The position numbers and the translations under genes are program-made. Below the pieces are notes generated by a model. That model searched no databases and was not told the DNA's origin. It saw only the letters and a list, made by a program, of their open reading frames with translations. DNA of 64,000 nt from Candidatus Binataceae bacterium (GTDB lineage: Bacteria; Desulfobacterota; Binatia; Binatales; Binataceae). Shown here in pieces: positions 1-9,410 of this stretch. The first letter of the stretch is position 1, and every line of letters starts with the position of its first letter. The stretch is from NCBI GenBank assembly GCA_035524095.1, contig DATKPK010000134.1:24515-88514 (forward strand), read 5' to 3'.

Positions 1-344
1 GCCCGCACCGTCCTCCCTGTGTAGAGCACGTCATCGACCAGCACCAACCGCCGTCCTTCCAACTCGAATGGAATGTCTCGCCCGAGCAGGCGTGGATCGC
101 CGGGTGCTCCACGCCCGTCATCGCGGTACGATGAAATATCGAGAGTGCCCAAAGCGACTTCGGCCGCACCTTGCTCGCGCAATAATGCAGCTAGGCGCTC
201 CGCCAGACAGGCCCCGCGCCGAACGATGCCGATCAACGCGAGGCTTTGCGCACCGTCGTTATGCTCACCAATCTCATGCGCTATCCGCCGCACGCAGCGG
301 CCAACCGCGTCGCTATCAAGTGCGGACGATTCCGGCGGGGTCAT
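1..344 (-). CDS. pyrR: Bifunctional pyr operon regulator / uracil phosphoribosyltransferase PyrR (C-terminal part lies off the left edge of the window)
   Basis: Reverse translation from the ATG at 342-344 gives MTPPESSALDSDAVGRCVRRIAHEIGEHNDG...LVLVDDVLYTGRTVRA. This includes the PRTase motif VDDVLYTGRT and the PyrR-like N-terminus. The gene runs off the window start. Confidence 0.7.
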   Translation of the reverse strand, partial: MTPPESSALDSDAVGRCVRRIAHEIGEHNDGAQSLALIGIVRRGACLAERLAALLREQGAAEVALGTLDISSYRDDGRGAPGDPRLLGRDIPFELEGRRLVLVDDVLYTGRTVR

Positions 345-665
345 CGGTCAACGTCCTGGAGTGCTGAGCAGGCCCGTTGAAGACAAAAAAATACCGGCGC
401 ACCACTGCCGCCGGTCAAAATTCCTGATTCAATCATGTCGCTTTACCTTCTCGCCCTCGCAGGAGCGAATTTAAAGGCAACTCAAATCTAACGGCGCAGG
501 TTCAGCCGGTCAACGCGCTTTCGCCCAGAGCCGCTTCGTATCCGGTGAGTTATCGACAGCGCTTCGCGACTCTCTGATCTAATTTGACGCACCGTCGCTT
601 ATCGAAGGGCCGTATATCGATTAGGCAATCAACACCACTCTCTCGTTCATTCACCCCGCGCGATC

Positions 666-1373
666 TTAGGCCCGACGTTCGAGCTTGCGCAGTCGCTGGT
701 CTTGATCTTTGGTCTGAACGGTAATCCGATCGTCGAAGCGCTCGAACTTGCGTGCCAAACTGGTCAGCGTCTTGTTCGTTTGCTTCAACTCGGCGTCGAA
801 CTTCTTGACCATTGTGCCCGCTGACGCCGTGATTCCCGAATTAATATCCGCCGCTGCCGCCGGCAGTTCACGGCCCAAATCGCCCCGCACCGCCGCCAGT
901 TCGCTGCGCAAATTTTCGTTGGCCGCGCCGATTTCGCGGCTCAATTCCGCGCGCAAATCAGCCATCGAGCGCGTTAGCTGCGACGCGACGAATTCGCGGC
1001 TGCGTTCCGCTTCGGCCGCCGTTTCGCGTCGCAGTTCGTCCCGTACGCTGGCGAATTCTTCTCTGAAATGAACTCGCGTGCCCCCTAGATGCTCCCCGAT
1101 TCGCACCATCTCAGCCCCCAAATCAGCCCGCACCCCAGCTATCGCGTCGCGATTCTCGGCAATTCTGTCGGATAAGAACCGAATCTGCCGCCCGACTTCG
1201 GTGAACTGTCCGACCATCTCCTGGCGCAATGCTTCGAGCCGGCCACCAAAACCGGTGACGGCTTCAAGTACGAGGTCGAAGCGCGCGCCGAGTTGCTCCA
1301 TGATCGCGCCGATCTTGCGAACATCCTCGGCCACTCCTCCCGCCTCCTCCTTCACACTCACCTCTTCATCCAC
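666..1373 (-). CDS. Hypothetical amphipathic-helix protein built of 11-residue repeats (apolipoprotein/LEA/phasin-like periodicity)
   Basis: 235-aa ORF with clear 11-mer periodicity, e.g. ADLRAELSREI / GAANENLRSEL / AAVRGDLGREL and earlier LEALRQEMVGQ / FTEVGRQIRFL. It has no TM segment and no signal peptide. It lies between lepB and pyrR on the same strand. Confidence 0.6.
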   Translation of the reverse strand: MDEEVSVKEEAGGVAEDVRKIGAIMEQLGARFDLVLEAVTGFGGRLEALRQEMVGQFTEVGRQIRFLSDRIAENRDAIAGVRADLGAEMVRIGEHLGGTRVHFREEFASVRDELRRETAAEAERSREFVASQLTRSMADLRAELSREIGAANENLRSELAAVRGDLGRELPAAAADINSGITASAGTMVKKFDAELKQTNKTLTSLARKFERFDDRITVQTKDQDQRLRKLERRA

Positions 1374-1538
1374 GATTCCAGCACCCCCAACTGTCGCTTC
1401 AGGTTAGACCAAGTGCGGCGCCGAGTCTTGAGGCAGCTCCTGCATAGACTCACAGCCGTAATAATTCGGAAACGACCTCATCTCCCCAGCCTCGTTGGCA
1501 AAGACTCCCATACCTGACCACACGATCTAGCTGGCAAC

Positions 1539-2255
1539 CTAGCGGATCGCCTTGAAGAAGCGCGACCAACGGATCGGCACAAGCGAAGGACTGTCGCTGT
1601 CCCACGACCAGTAGATAAACAGCGCATGCCCCTCGATTTGGTTGAAGTTAACGAATCCCCAAAAGCGACTGTCATAGCTGTGATCGCGGTTGTCGCCCAT
1701 CATGAAGTATTCGCCCGCGGGAAGCGTCGTTGCGCTCAAAAAATCCCGCTGGTTGCCCGGCTGACGCTGGTCCTGCGGTACCTCGAAATGCGCATGAGGA
1801 TCATCCGCCGGCTTGCCATTCAGATAGACGATGGCGTCTTTGACCGCGATCGTATCACCCGGAATGGCAATCACTCGCTTGATAAAATCCTTGGTCTCGT
1901 CCTGTGGATAAACGAACACCACCACGTCACCGCGATGAACCGTGCCGAGAGTGAACAGGTAATGACCCCACGGGATCTCGTCGGCGAGCGGCGTCAAGCC
2001 GAAGAATGAATCGGGCAACCTGAAACCGTAAGCCAGCTTATTGACGATTATGTGATCACCAACCAGCAGCGTTGGCTCCATCGAACCCGACGGAATCTTG
2101 TAGGCCTGGACGAAAAAGGTGCGTAGGACGATCGCTAAAGCCAGCGCGACAAGGAATGCTTCGGTGTATTCCCGGGCTGCGGACTTGCGTGGTGGCGGCT
2201 CATCCGAATGTGGCGGTGAGACGGGCTTCGGTTGCTTGAGTAATGGCTCGGGCAC
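1539..2255 (-). CDS. lepB: Signal peptidase I
   Basis: N-terminal TM anchor followed by the SPase I boxes SGSMEPTL, RGDVVVF, KRVIAIPGDTI and GDNRDHSYDSRFWG. It sits directly downstream of lepA, the conserved lepA-lepB arrangement. Confidence 0.9.
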   Translation of the reverse strand: MPEPLLKQPKPVSPPHSDEPPPRKSAAREYTEAFLVALALAIVLRTFFVQAYKIPSGSMEPTLLVGDHIIVNKLAYGFRLPDSFFGLTPLADEIPWGHYLFTLGTVHRGDVVVFVYPQDETKDFIKRVIAIPGDTIAVKDAIVYLNGKPADDPHAHFEVPQDQRQPGNQRDFLSATTLPAGEYFMMGDNRDHSYDSRFWGFVNFNQIEGHALFIYWSWDSDSPSLVPIRWSRFFKAIR

Positions 2256-2263
2256 GCTTCCGG

Positions 2264-4066
2264 CTACTCCCCGACCTTGAGCAGGGCGAGAAACGCCTCC
2301 TGCGGAATTTCCACACGGCCCACCTGTTTCATCCGCCTTTTGCCTTCCTTCTGCTTCTCGAGCAGCTTCCGCTTACGCGTGATATCGCCGCCGTAGCACT
2401 TCGCGGTGACGTTCTTGCGCAGCGCTTTGACACTTTCCCGCGCGATAATCTTGGATCCGATAGCGGCTTGGATTGCGATTTCGAACATCTGGCGCGGGAT
2501 TAGTTCGCGCATCTTCTCACACAGCAGCCGCCCCCGCTCGTACGCCTTATCCCGATGGACGATAACCGACAGCGCATCGACGGTTTCGCCATTGATTCTG
2601 ATGTCCAATTTAACCAGATGCTGCGGACGGAAGTCCAGAAACTCGTAGTCAAGCGAGGCGTAACCGCGGCTCACCGATTTAAGCCGATCATAAAAGTCAA
2701 AGACGATTTCCCCGAGCGGAATCTCATAACTGAGGATCGCCCGCTGATGGCCCGAATAGCGCAAATCGCGCTGTATTCCTCTCCGTTCTTCGCATAGCGC
2801 CATCACCACTCCCAAGAACTCCTCGGGCACATGGATCGACGCGAGAATGAACGGCTCCTCTATTGCTTCAATCGTATTTTCATCCGGCAGATGGGCCGGA
2901 TTATCGACCATCAATGTTTCGACTCCAGTCGTCTTCACCCGATACGCGACTGTGGGCGCCGTTACGACGAGATTGAGTCCAAATTCGCGTTCAAGCCGTT
3001 CCTGCGCAATCTCCATATGCAGCAGGCCGAGAAAGCCTGCGCGAAACCCGAAACCGAGCGCTTGCGAGGTCTCCGGCTCGACGATCAGACTCGCGTCATT
3101 GAGCCGCAGCTTGTCGATCGCGTCGCGCAACTCACCGTACTGGTTCGCCTCGGTCGGATAGAGGCCGGCGAACACCATTGGCTTAAGTTCCTTGAACCCC
3201 GCTAGCGGCTCACTCGCGGGACGCTCAGCGTCGGTCATCGTATCGCCGACGCGCATATCGGCCACGGTCTTGATTCCCGCGACCACAAAACCGACCTCGC
3301 CCTGCCCTAGCGTCTCGGAAGGTTGCTCATGCGGCGTGAAATAGCCCAGTCGCATTAGTTCGCCCTCCTTGCCGGTACCGATCAGCCGGACCTTCATGCC
3401 ACGCCGCAGTTCGCCGTCAAAGACTCGCACCAGGCCGATCACGCCTTCGTAGGGGTCGTACCAGCTATCGAAGATGAGTGCGCGCGGCACGTTGCCGAGA
3501 CTTTGCTTGGGTGCCGGTATCCGTTTGACCACCGCTTCGAGTACTTCATTGACGCCAACCCCCTCTTTCGCGCTGGTCAGGATTGCGTCACTCGCATCGA
3601 GGCCGATCACCTGCTCGATCTGTTCCCGCGTGCGCTCGACGTCGGCCCCTGGCAGATCGATTTTATTGATTACCGGGATAATTTCGAGGCCGTGGTCGAG
3701 CGCCATATAGACATTCGCGAGGGTCTGCGCCTCGACTCCCTGGCTTGCGTCAACCACCAGCAATGCGCCGTCACAGGCCGCCAGGCTGCGCGAGACTTCA
3801 TAGGCGAAATCGACGTGCCCGGGCGTATCAATCAGGTTGAGGACGTAGGTTTTACCGTCACTTGCGGCGTAATTCAGCCGCACTGATCGCGCCTTGATTG
3901 TAATCCCGCGCTCGCGTTCGAGGTCCATCGAATCGAGGAATTGCTCGCGCGATTCACGCTTTGAAAGCGCACCCGTGCGCTCAAGCAGACGATCGGCCAG
4001 CGTCGACTTGCCGTGATCGATATGAGCGATTATTGAGAAATTACGAATCAGTTCGCGTGATGTCAT
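2264..4066 (-). CDS. lepA: Elongation factor 4 (LepA)
   Basis: 600 aa. N-terminal GTPase motif [20 protein letters not shown] and a DTPGHVDF switch. The length and the C-terminal LepA domain are typical. Confidence 0.95.
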   Translation of the reverse strand: MTSRELIRNFSIIAHIDHGKSTLADRLLERTGALSKRESREQFLDSMDLERERGITIKARSVRLNYAASDGKTYVLNLIDTPGHVDFAYEVSRSLAACDGALLVVDASQGVEAQTLANVYMALDHGLEIIPVINKIDLPGADVERTREQIEQVIGLDASDAILTSAKEGVGVNEVLEAVVKRIPAPKQSLGNVPRALIFDSWYDPYEGVIGLVRVFDGELRRGMKVRLIGTGKEGELMRLGYFTPHEQPSETLGQGEVGFVVAGIKTVADMRVGDTMTDAERPASEPLAGFKELKPMVFAGLYPTEANQYGELRDAIDKLRLNDASLIVEPETSQALGFGFRAGFLGLLHMEIAQERLEREFGLNLVVTAPTVAYRVKTTGVETLMVDNPAHLPDENTIEAIEEPFILASIHVPEEFLGVVMALCEERRGIQRDLRYSGHQRAILSYEIPLGEIVFDFYDRLKSVSRGYASLDYEFLDFRPQHLVKLDIRINGETVDALSVIVHRDKAYERGRLLCEKMRELIPRQMFEIAIQAAIGSKIIARESVKALRKNVTAKCYGGDITRKRKLLEKQKEGKRRMKQVGRVEIPQEAFLALLKVGE

Positions 4067-4226
4067 CTAACCCCGGGCGCATACAGAGCGATTGCAACCG
4101 CTCACCATAACACATCAGCCGCGACCGCGATGGCATTTTGTTCGCAAAGTACGCGAACACTTGCGGACGCTCGCCACCCTCTGCCACTGCCTCAACTCCC
4201 AGCCCGCTTGTGCCCCTGATTGTCAA

Positions 4227-5165
4227 TTATGCGCCTTTGGCGAAGCGATCCTGGAAAAAACGATAGGTCTGCGCCAAACCAGTCGCCAACGAGACATCCG
4301 GCCGCCAGTTCAACTCCCTGGCCGCCCTCGCCGGCGATATTACCGAACGCATCTGTTCGCCCGGACGCGCGGGACCATATTCCGCCGCGCGGCTAGTGCC
4401 CGCCGCTTTCGCGAGGGTGCGAAAAAGCTGATTGACGCTGGTTTCGACTCCAGTGCCAATATTGAATGCCCCTGAAACCGGCGAGGCTACTGCGGCCAGG
4501 TTCGCCCGCACAACATCGCCGACATAAACGTAATCGCGCGTCTGCTCACCGTCGCCATAGATCGTGACCGGCTTGTCTTCCAGCATTCGCCCGCAGAAAA
4601 TCGCCACCACCCCGGCTTCGCCATGCGGATCCTGGCGCGGCCCATAAACGTTGGCGTAACGTAGCGCAACATAATCGATCTCGTACTGCGCCTTATAGAA
4701 AAACAAGTAGGCTTCGGTAGCAAATTTCGCCACCCCGTATGGGCTGATCGGCCGCCGCGGATGATCCTCATTGCAGGGAAATTGCTCCTGCTCGCCATAG
4801 ATCGCGCCGCCCGTGGACGAGAAAATCACCCGCTTCAACCCATGCTGGCGCGCTGCCTCGATCAGGTTCAGAAAGCCAACCAGATTGACTTGGGCATCGA
4901 ACGGCGGATCGGCCACCGACCGCCGCACATCCATCTGCGCCGCCAGATGGATAATCGCCTCCGGCCGTTCCTGCGCGATAATCTGCTGAACCTTTGCCGC
5001 GTCACGCAGGTCCGCTTCGTAAAAACGCGCCTTTGGATTCACCTGTGCACGTTTGCCCGCCGATAGATCGTCCAGCACGGCGACTTCGCTGCGTCCTTCG
5101 GCGATCAATGCGTCCACCGTATTCGAGCCGATAAAGCCCGCTCCACCGGTTACCAATAACCGCAT
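4227..5165 (-). CDS. NAD-dependent epimerase/dehydratase of the extended SDR family; candidate UDP-glucuronate 4-epimerase or UDP-glucuronate decarboxylase
   Basis: MRLLVTGGAGFIGSN Rossmann start and a YxxxK catalytic motif (PYGVAKFATE). 312 aa, GalE/UXS-like. It lies immediately downstream of ugd in the same operon. Confidence 0.85.
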   Translation of the reverse strand: MRLLVTGGAGFIGSNTVDALIAEGRSEVAVLDDLSAGKRAQVNPKARFYEADLRDAAKVQQIIAQERPEAIIHLAAQMDVRRSVADPPFDAQVNLVGFLNLIEAARQHGLKRVIFSSTGGAIYGEQEQFPCNEDHPRRPISPYGVAKFATEAYLFFYKAQYEIDYVALRYANVYGPRQDPHGEAGVVAIFCGRMLEDKPVTIYGDGEQTRDYVYVGDVVRANLAAVASPVSGAFNIGTGVETSVNQLFRTLAKAAGTSRAAEYGPARPGEQMRSVISPARAARELNWRPDVSLATGLAQTYRFFQDRFAKGA

Positions 5166-5216
5166 AGTTCTCTATTTCCCGCTCCACACCAAAGCTGCTT
5201 GCGCCCGGCGCGAACG

Positions 5217-6524
5217 CTAGATCGGCCGCCTGCCTATCGAATAATAACGGAATTCCAGCGCCTTCATCAGTGCGGGATCATATAGGTTGCGGCCATCAAA
5301 TATCACCGGCTCTTTGAGCTCAGCGCGAATCCGCTGAAAATTCGGATGACGAAATTCATTCCATTCGGTGAGGATCAGCAATGCGTCGGCGCCAGCCAAG
5401 GCCTCGTAGTTCGTCCGATGATAGCTGATACGATCGCCGAAAGTCCGCCGCGCATTTTCCAGCGCTTCAGGGTCATGCACCTGCACCCGTGCGCCTGCAT
5501 TCAATAGCTCCTCGATCACCACCAGCGACGGCGCCTCGCGCATATCATCCGTGCGCGGCTTGAACGCGAGTCCCCACACGGCAAAGGTCCGGCCTTTCAG
5601 GTTGTTCCCGAAATGCTGCTTGACGCGATCAACCAAGAGACCCTTCTGCTCGCGATTAACCTCGTCCGTCGCCTTGAGCAGCGTAAAATCCAGCTTGTTA
5701 TCGGCCGCACTATGCACCAGGGCTTGCACATCCTTGGGAAAGCACGACCCGCCATAGCCGACGCCGGGAAACAGGAACTGCGATCCGATTCGCCGATCGG
5801 TGCCCATCCCGCGCCGCACGTCGTTGATTTCTGCGCCGACCGCCTCGCATAGATTCGCCATCTGATTGATAAATGAGATTCGCATCGCGAGCATTGCGTT
5901 CGACGCGTACTTGGTCAGCTCCGCCGAGCGCGGATGCATCACCAGGACTGGATTATCGGTGCGTACAAACGCCGCGTGAATCTCACGCAAAATCGCGGTC
6001 GCCTGTTCGCTGGTACTCCCGATCACTACGCGATCAGGCCGCATAAAGTCCTCGATCGCTGAACCTTCCTTGAGGAATTCCGGCACTGAACAGGCGTCAA
6101 TCCGATGGTCCGCGACGCGCTCGACCAGCGCACGAATCTTGTCGTTAGTACCGACCGGCACCGTACTTTTGACTGCAATTATATGATAGCCGTTGGCCGC
6201 TTTGGCGATACTCTCCGCCGCCGCCAGCACACCCGTCAGATCCGCCGCACCGGTCGCGCTCATCGGTGTACCGACGGCGATGAACGATACCATCGAACGC
6301 TGCACCGCCGGGGCTAGTTCGGTCGTAAAGCTGAGCCGTCCGTCCTTGACGTTGCGCCGCACCAGTTCTTCGAGACCCGGCTCATAAATCGGCACCTCGC
6401 CGCGGCTTAGCTGCTCAATTCGCCGGTGGTCGATATCGACGCAGATGACCTCATTGCCGCTCTCGGCGAAGCAGGTGCCGCTGACCAGCCCCACATATCC
6501 TGTACCCACCACTGCGATGTTCAT
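5217..6524 (-). CDS. ugd: UDP-glucose 6-dehydrogenase
   Basis: MNIAVVGTGYVGLVSGTCFAESGNEVICVDID N-terminus and a catalytic Cys region GGSCFPKD. 435 aa. Confidence 0.9.
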   Translation of the reverse strand: MNIAVVGTGYVGLVSGTCFAESGNEVICVDIDHRRIEQLSRGEVPIYEPGLEELVRRNVKDGRLSFTTELAPAVQRSMVSFIAVGTPMSATGAADLTGVLAAAESIAKAANGYHIIAVKSTVPVGTNDKIRALVERVADHRIDACSVPEFLKEGSAIEDFMRPDRVVIGSTSEQATAILREIHAAFVRTDNPVLVMHPRSAELTKYASNAMLAMRISFINQMANLCEAVGAEINDVRRGMGTDRRIGSQFLFPGVGYGGSCFPKDVQALVHSAADNKLDFTLLKATDEVNREQKGLLVDRVKQHFGNNLKGRTFAVWGLAFKPRTDDMREAPSLVVIEELLNAGARVQVHDPEALENARRTFGDRISYHRTNYEALAGADALLILTEWNEFRHPNFQRIRAELKEPVIFDGRNLYDPALMKALEFRYYSIGRRPI

Positions 6525-6531
6525 CTACGAA

Positions 6532-7470
6532 TTAAAATTCCTCCTTGATCACGTAAATCGGCTTTCTCTGCGATTCGTGATAAGTCCGGGTAATCATTTC
6601 CCCAATTAGCCCCAGGCTGACGAACTGCACCCCAACCACCACCAGCAACACCGCCAGCAGGAGCGCCGGCCGGTTGCTCAACGGCCAGCCCAAGATCACC
6701 TTTTCAAAGACCAGCACGGCAGTCCATATGCTGCCAAACCCCGAAAGGAACACGCCGATCGCCCCGAACACCTGGATCGGCCGAGTCGAATAGCCCGACA
6801 GGAATTGCACCGTCAGCAGATCGAGCACCGTTCGCACGATGCGACCGGGGCCATACTTCGACTTGCCCGTACGCCGCGGACGAAAGCTGACCTGCTGCTC
6901 CGCGATTCTTGCCCCCAATTCCGATGCAATCACTGGCACGAACCGATGCATCTCGCCATAAAGCATCAGGCGCCGCGCGATATCGCCGCGATACGCCTTG
7001 AGCGTGCAGCCATAGTCATGCAGTTCCACGCCGGTCGCGCGCGAAATCATCGTATTTGCGATAATCGACGGCAGCCGCCGCGATATCCCGGCGTTACGCC
7101 AACGCTCGGTGCGCCAGCCGCTGACCAGATCGTAGCCCTCGTCGAGCTTCGCCAGCAGGACTGGAATATCCGCCGGATTGTTCTCGCCGTCCGCGTCAAT
7201 CGCGACGACGATGTCGCCCTGCGTATGCTGAAAGCCGCACGCCAATGCTGCCGTCTGGCCGGAGTTGCGCGCGAGTCGAATCACCCGGACGTGCTCATCC
7301 TCGGCCGCGATTTCACGCAGCACCGCCTCCCCGCCGTCGCCGCTGCCATCATCCACGAACAGAATCTCGTATGACCGCTTTAGCGGCTCGAGCACGTGGG
7401 TCAGTTCGCGATGCACAGGCGCCAGATTGTCCCGCTCGTTATAGAGCGGAACAACTATTGAGAGGTCCAT
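6532..7470 (-). CDS. Family 2 glycosyltransferase with C-terminal TM helices; polyprenyl-phosphate sugar transferase of the ArnC/RgtE/DPM1 type
   Basis: LSIVVPLYNERDNL, FVDDGSGDGG and DADGENNP (DxD) motifs, with two C-terminal TM segments. The ORF extends to 7533, but the ATG at 7468-7470 (MDLSIVV) gives a canonical GT2 start and only a short overlap with the upstream kinase. Confidence 0.85.
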   Translation of the reverse strand: MDLSIVVPLYNERDNLAPVHRELTHVLEPLKRSYEILFVDDGSGDGGEAVLREIAAEDEHVRVIRLARNSGQTAALACGFQHTQGDIVVAIDADGENNPADIPVLLAKLDEGYDLVSGWRTERWRNAGISRRLPSIIANTMISRATGVELHDYGCTLKAYRGDIARRLMLYGEMHRFVPVIASELGARIAEQQVSFRPRRTGKSKYGPGRIVRTVLDLLTVQFLSGYSTRPIQVFGAIGVFLSGFGSIWTAVLVFEKVILGWPLSNRPALLLAVLLVVVGVQFVSLGLIGEMITRTYHESQRKPIYVIKEEF

Positions 7471-8378
7471 CGTGAATGATGGGAATCCGTCAGCTCGATA
7501 AAGGCACGGTAGCGCGCGTCGATATCTTCCCACGCCAGTCTCGTCAGCCCATCGATCGAGAAGCGCTCGACCGCGAATGACGCCATCACCGAGCCGTAAA
7601 CCACCGCCGTCCGTAGCGCCGACTCGCTTAGTCCACCACGGCGCGCGATGAACCCCATAAACGCGCCAGCAAACGTGTCGCCAGCACCGGTCGGATCGAC
7701 CACCTCTTCCAGCGGATAGGCCGGCACGGCAAACATTCCGTCCTGGCTGAACTGCAAGACGCCGTATTCGCCGCGTTTGATTAGAACTGTACGCGGCCCC
7801 ATCCTGAGCAGCGCGCGCCCGGCCTTCACCAGGTTATGCTCGCCGCTCAACATCCGTGCCTCTTCGTCGTTAAGCGTGAGAATACCAATCCGCGGCAACA
7901 GCGCGACTAGCGCTCGCCGCTCATTGTTGATCCATAGATTCATCGTGTCAGCGGCGACCACCTTGGGACTAGCGACCTGCGCTAACACGTGAGCCTGCAA
8001 CTCAGGTGCGATATTCGCCAGAAACACATAGTCGGAACGGCGCTGATCCGGCAGCAGGTCAGGCGAGAAGTCAGCAAACACATTCAATGCGACGCTGACC
8101 GTGTCACGGATATTCATGTCCTCGTGATAGCGGCCATGCCATCGAAAGGTCGGACCGTCGCGCCGCGTCACACCACGGATATCGATGGCGCGCTCGGCAA
8201 AAATCCGCACGTCCTCGTCGCGAAAATCCGTGCCAATCGCCGCCACGATACTGACCGGCGAAAAAAAACGCGCCGCCAGGGCGAAATAGCTCACCGACCC
8301 GCCGATCGCCGACTCCGCCTTGCCGTGCGGCGTCTCGATCGTGTCATAGGCCATGCTGCCGACTACCAGAATACTCAT
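7455..8378 (-). CDS. PfkB-family carbohydrate kinase
   Basis: Ribokinase-like fold with the anion-hole/ATP motif DPTGAGDTFAGAF near the C-terminus. 307 aa. It overlaps the start of the GT2 gene, which suggests co-transcription. Confidence 0.8.
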   Translation of the reverse strand: MSILVVGSMAYDTIETPHGKAESAIGGSVSYFALAARFFSPVSIVAAIGTDFRDEDVRIFAERAIDIRGVTRRDGPTFRWHGRYHEDMNIRDTVSVALNVFADFSPDLLPDQRRSDYVFLANIAPELQAHVLAQVASPKVVAADTMNLWINNERRALVALLPRIGILTLNDEEARMLSGEHNLVKAGRALLRMGPRTVLIKRGEYGVLQFSQDGMFAVPAYPLEEVVDPTGAGDTFAGAFMGFIARRGGLSESALRTAVVYGSVMASFAVERFSIDGLTRLAWEDIDARYRAFIELTDSHHSRWTSQ

Positions 8379-8465
8379 TTATTAGAATTCAACCTGTCTG
8401 CGGCAATGCCGCATCTAAATCTAGTCTATTTTGATTATTTCGCGAGGCGACTTATCACTGCCGGA

Positions 8466-9326
8466 TTACTTCAGATACTTACCGATAAGCGGCCGCAACT
8501 TCGCAACCGTTTCCGGCGGGAGCATCGATTGATCAGTGATAATCGCGTTAGCCAGCGCGTCGGCGCAGCCGCAACTTCGCACCCGCGCACCGACCGCCCG
8601 TGCCAGATTCACCACCGCACGCTGCGCTTTTTCGACATTGAGCCGCATCACCCGCAGGATTTCGCCGATATCAACCGCCGCGACGCTTTCATGCCAGCAG
8701 TCGTAATCGGTCACCAGCGTCAGCACTGCGTAACAAAGCTCGGCCTCGCGTGCGAGCCGCGCCTCCTGCATCGCCGTCATACTGATTACGTCTACATCCC
8801 AGCTGCGATACAGCCGCGATTCGGCGCGCGTCGAAAACTGCGGCCCCTCGATACATAGATAGGTTCCACCTTCGTGGACTTGCGCGCCGGTCGCGCGGCT
8901 CGCCTCCACCAGCGCACCACTCAAGCCCGCACAGACCGGATCCGCCAGCGACACGTGCCCTACAATACCGTCGCCGAAAAAGCTCGCCCTTCGTGCATAG
9001 GTATGATCGATGAACTGGTCTGTCACTACGAGGTCGCCCGGCGCGATCGTCTCTTTCATGCTGCCGGCCGTGCTCACCGAAACCAGATGATCAACGCCGA
9101 GCTGCTTCATGCCATGGATATTCGCCCGATAGTTCAGCTCGCTTGGCAATATCCGATGACCCCGGCCGTGGCGGGAAAGAAAGACTACTTCAGTATTCCC
9201 CACCGATCCTCGATAATAATTATCCGACGGCGGCCCAAACGGCGTTTCGAGCGTGATCGGCTCGACCCGTTCGAGTCCCTCGATTTGATAGAAACCGCTG
9301 CCGCCGATTACACCAAGTACTGCCAT
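8466..9326 (-). CDS. mtnP: S-methyl-5-prime-thioadenosine phosphorylase / purine nucleoside phosphorylase
   Basis: MAVLGVIGGSGFYQIEGL N-terminus. 286 aa, PNP/MTAP family. Confidence 0.85.
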   Translation of the reverse strand: MAVLGVIGGSGFYQIEGLERVEPITLETPFGPPSDNYYRGSVGNTEVVFLSRHGRGHRILPSELNYRANIHGMKQLGVDHLVSVSTAGSMKETIAPGDLVVTDQFIDHTYARRASFFGDGIVGHVSLADPVCAGLSGALVEASRATGAQVHEGGTYLCIEGPQFSTRAESRLYRSWDVDVISMTAMQEARLAREAELCYAVLTLVTDYDCWHESVAAVDIGEILRVMRLNVEKAQRAVVNLARAVGARVRSCGCADALANAIITDQSMLPPETVAKLRPLIGKYLK

Positions 9327-9410
9327 CGGATCTAAGCTATCGCTCCATTCTCATTGTCTGGCTTCTTGCATCTGCGCGGACGCCTAACGACCTACCCGCC
9401 GCATCCCTGG

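Noticed and set aside
68-474. Plus-strand ORFs 68-367 and 73-474 at the window start
   Set aside because: Antisense to the clearly recognisable pyrR C-terminal fragment.
748-1407. Plus-strand ORFs 748-1071 and 1078-1407 (107 and 109 aa)
   Set aside because: They run antisense within the 11-mer repeat protein gene. They are Ser/Arg/Ala-rich, typical high-GC shadow ORFs.
7989-8858. 289-aa plus-strand ORF
   Set aside because: Arg/His-rich junk composition. It lies antisense across the well-supported PfkB kinase and MTAP genes.
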